From: Hormiphora californensis
Lineage: Eukaryota > Animalia > Ctenophora
Length of the DNA: 64,000 bases
Direction: 5' to 3'
NCBI GenBank assembly: GCA_020137815.1
Contig: CM035352.1
Coordinates: 9,238,001-9,302,000 of the forward strand
The notes beneath the pieces are model-generated. The model was given only the letters and a program-made list of their open reading frames with translations, ran no database searches and was not told the origin of the DNA. Numbering within the stretch: the first letter of the stretch is position 1; every line of letters starts with the position of its first letter. Below, piece after piece: positions 60,336-64,000 of the stretch. The position numbers were made by a program, and so were the translations under genes.

Positions 60336-63300
60336 CCGGAAGACCACACTACAAACCCCCGATGCAACCAAAGCCTAACACAAACGCCAGGACAGAAAAC
60401 AAACCACAACCCACACAGAAGACTTCTAACGCCAAAACTACCCAAATGCCTTTCCAAACAGATGCGTCTTCAGATCTAAGTCTTCTTGGCAATTGGTTCC
60501 AAAACTTCGGGCCGCATACACTGAAGGCACTTTCGTTTAGTTTATACCTAGCCCTTGGTGTCTCCAAGAGAAGGTTGTCGTCATCTTTTCTGAGACTCAT
60601 AGATTTCCTCCTTCTTTTTTGAATTCGGTCAGATAAGTAGCCAGGTGCAACACCGTTGACACATTTATACACCAGTACACATACTTTGAACTCAATTCTC
60701 TCAGCTACTGGGAGAAAGTGCAGTGCTTTTCTCAAGTTGGTAGTACCCCTCCATTTTCTCTGGCCATAAATGAACCTTGCAGCAGCATTCTGGATCTTTT
60801 GCAGTCTGTCTAAATTCTTCTTCGTAATACCAGTCAACAGGGAGTTACAGTAGTCCAACTTAGAGTGTATAAGGCTCGCCACAAGGGTAGTCTTTAGTTT
60901 CCTTGAAAGTTTACCTCCTACCCTCCATAGATTCACCAATGTAGCATTACAGGAGTTGACGATTCTGGTCACATGTTCATCAAAAGATAGCCTATCATCA
61001 AAATACACTCCCAGATTCCTCACAGAAGTAGCAACAGGTAAAGGTTCAGCGCCCTCAACCAGCTGGAAAGAGCTTTGAGTATTGGAGTCTTTAGGCGATA
61101 ATATCAGGATCTCAGTTTTAGATGGATTGAGACGCAGGAAGCTCGCTGTTAGCCAAGACTGAATGTCCGTGGCACACTTTCGAAGTCTCTGTTCGGTCTC
61201 CACAAAGTTCTCAGTCGAAAAAGCGGCGTATATCTGGGTATCATCAGCATAAAAATGAATATGTACACCATTCCTTAAGGCAATCGATTCCAGCTCTGCA
61301 GTGTAGCATATAAAAAGAATAGGGCCCAAAATAGAACCCTGAGGCACCCCGATACCAATTGCTGTAAGAGTCTACTTAACCTGCCCAACCGATACTGACG
61401 CAGTTCTCCCCGTGAGATAGCTCTCAAACCATGCTAAAGATGTACCTTTCACCCCATACAACTTCTTAAGTCGTTGCAGCAAGACAGAATGGTTAACAGT
61501 ATCGAATGCAGCACTCATATCTAAGAGTAAAAGTGCAACCTTCGATTTATCATCTGTTAGCATTAGTAGATCATCCAGAATGCGGAGAGTCGCCGTCTCA
61601 CAGCTCTTGTTCGCACGGTAGGCAGACTGGTTTTTGGGCAGTAACGCATGGTCTTCAAGGTGCTTCACAAACTGATCTGCTGCACATCTCTCGATAAGTT
61701 TACCAAGAAAAGGCAAGTTACTGACGGGTCTATAGTTACCAAGATCATCCGGATCTAGACCAGCTTTCTTGATGAGGGGTCGAATCAGAGCAGTCTTGAG
61801 TTCAGAAGGAAAGACCCCCGTGGTTAAGCTAGAGTTGACGATTTTAGAAAGGATAGGCAATAATTCAGCAAAGAGACTCCGCACATATGATGTGGGAAGA
61901 GGATCCAACTCACAATGCTTTGTCCCCATGTCAAATAAAGTTGCTCGGAGTGTCTCATCAGAGATGCTTGTAAACTCGAAATCAGGCGGTGTGTTGGAAT
62001 GTGTAGTGGGGTCTTGAAAGTGGGGCAAGTCTTGTCGTTCCTTATCCATCGCACTGTAGATCTTTTCGACCTTCCCTTTGAAAGCAGCCATAAAAGAATC
62101 AGCTAGATCCGTATGTGCTATGTTAGTAGGTACAACCGCTGGTTTCTGTCTACCCAAGAGATAGTTGGTGGTTTGCCATGTTCCCCGTGGATCATGCCGC
62201 TGTCCTTCCAGCTTCGCTGCAAAAAATCCTTCTCTCACACTCCGTAACACCCGCTCAGTCTCTTTGTCTTGTTCAGCAGAATCCTGGTACAAATTCAACA
62301 ACTCCATTGGTACTGTTGATTTCCCCAATTTACCCCAGTACTTTCTTTCCTTTCTCCTTCGCATCCTCTTGGCTGATTGACATTTATCATAGTTCTGGTT
62401 ATACCATTGTTCATTTCTAGTTTTCACTCTTCTGGTTACATATGGTGCTCTCTTGTCCATGAATGATCGAGTTTCAGTGTTGAATAGCGCTACACAGTCA
62501 TCTAAATCATCAGGTAGCTCCCCACACATATCCGATCCAAGTATGTCACTTCTTAGATCTTCTATATCGAAGTCTTTCATCATTCGACTAGTGACCGTCC
62601 TATAGTCTGATGTGGAACTTAAACCAGAAACTTCCAGGCAGAAGCTCACAAGGGAATGATCTGGTAAAGCCGGAGAACGATATACCTCAACATCACTAAA
62701 ACCAATGTCTTCGTCTTTTCTTGTCAGTACCAGGTCTAGAGTTCCACCCCTGGTGTGAGTCGGGCCAACCACATGTTGTAACCAACCCTCTGAATCAATG
62801 ACGTCCTTAAATCTCCTTGTAAAACTATCCGCCTCATCTTGGAACCTAACGTTAAAGTCTCCAAGGATCACAGGAACACCACCTTTCGATACGAATGAGG
62901 ATAGATAGTCACTAAACTCAGTAAGGAATTGGGCATATTCATTCCCCGTTCTGTAGACAACTGAAAAGCGAAGTCCTACCCTTCCCTTTACAAATGCCTC
63001 GGTACACTCAAATGAAGTAGATTTGATGTTATAAGTAGTAAACTTGATGTCATCCCGGAAAATGAAACCAACTCCTCCCCCTTTTTTCCCATTACGTCTC
63101 GCAGTATTAACCAATGTAAAGCCAAACTCTTTAAACTCTACAGCCAATGCCGATTCATCTTGATTGAGCCAGGTCTCTGTTAGTGCTAAGCAGGAAAGAT
63201 TATGCTGAACCATTAACTCGATAATGGAGTACACCTTATTCCTTAGCGAGAAGCAGTTTGCCAGACCAACCTTCAAAGTCCTGTTTTTCAGTAGTTGTCC

Positions 63301-63767
63301 TTTATCGTTTCTTAGTTTTTTGAGTTCCTGAGTTATCGGTTAGGGCTAACGATTATCTGCCAGTTACCGTTTAGTTTACTCAAATTGGCCATGTGGTTGC
63401 GTGGCTATAGCCGTTCGAAAAAAGTCGGTCTAGGTGTACTCTTTTGGTAGCGCGCACCTGTAAACAGGCCGCAAGGCACCCAGATTATAATCGCGCCCTG
63501 CGACTGACTTTGAGCTGTGTAAAGAGCTGTGTAAAGACTGTACTGCGCGGCTCCTATTTTGCAGCGTTTTTGTAAACTTTTTAGCGGCGGCGTTCAATTT
63601 AGTCAAGTGTGCAGCGTACAATGGAAAACGTTAAAATGAGACTCATCGCGATTAACTCTTCATAAACGGTTACCCCCTTTCTCTCTTCGGCAGCTTCTCT
63701 TCGGCTGTCGGGAAGTGATGCCAATCGGTGTTGGGGTTAGTGAATTTTCAGAAAAAAAAAAAATGAA

Positions 63768-64000
63768 AATCTGGGTGCCTTTCATTGCTAACAATTCGTA
63801 GTTTTGGCGCGCGCGACGGGTTAGGGCTATCCGTTAGGGTCTGGTTAGGGTTTGGTTTGGGGTTATCGGTTAGGGCTATCGATTCTCTAACTGATACCGT
63901 TTAGTTTACACAAATCGGCCATGTGGTTGCGTGGCTATAGCCGTTTGAAAAAAGTCGGTCTAAGTGTACTCTTTTGGTAGCCCGCACCTGTAAACAGGCT
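63768..64000. mobile_element. Uninterrupted third copy of the TTAGGG-like inverted-repeat element, running off the window
   Basis: Colinear with 58381-58478 plus 63331-63470, with no LINE between. Confidence 0.8.

Larger units (their letters stand above)
58479..63330 (-). mobile_element. L2-like LINE (EN-RT, frameshifted) with ~2 kb 3' UTR
   Basis: ORF pieces 63276-61372 ([32 protein letters not shown]) and 61347-~60470 (PQGSILGP, FYADDTQIY, KLDYCNSLL); (TATTTG)n tail at 58479-58672. Confidence 0.9.
58381..63486. mobile_element. Second copy of the TTAGGG-like inverted-repeat element, expanded by an L2-like LINE
   Basis: AATCTGGGTGCCTT (58382) pairs with AAGGCACCCAGATT (63473-63486); halves 58381-58478 and 63331-63470 join into the uninterrupted copy at 63768-64000. 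Confidence 0.8.

Overview
Eukaryotic (animal-like) genomic DNA with spliceosomal introns, microsatellites and dense nested transposons. An invertebrate such as a ctenophore is my guess only; the sequence does not establish it. Five co-oriented minus-strand genes can be rebuilt exon by exon: a C12orf4/FERRY3 homolog, CCZ1, a Mondo (MLXIP/ChREBP)-family bHLH-ZIP, LZIC and a DH-domain (RhoGEF-like) gene. Three of the four gaps are only ~220-230 bp and each ATG has an unpaired splice acceptor just upstream, which looks operon-like. The DH gene is split by a ~20 kb block (~6770-26690) holding an inverted, diverged second copy of the LZIC-DH region, garbled sequence and a 7.6 kb poly-T run. This block is most likely a haplotype/assembly artefact, but it supplies empty/filled site pairs for several insertions. 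Mobile elements include a near full-length CR1-group LINE (PHD+CCCH ORF1, EN-RT ORF2), a truncated relative, an RTEX-like RT, two L2-like LINEs each inserted in the TTAGGG-like tract of one small inverted-repeat element family, Tc1/pogo-type TA-TSD elements and several foldback palindromes. No CRISPR array, tRNA or rRNA is supported. Family names come from motif recognition by eye, not database searches.
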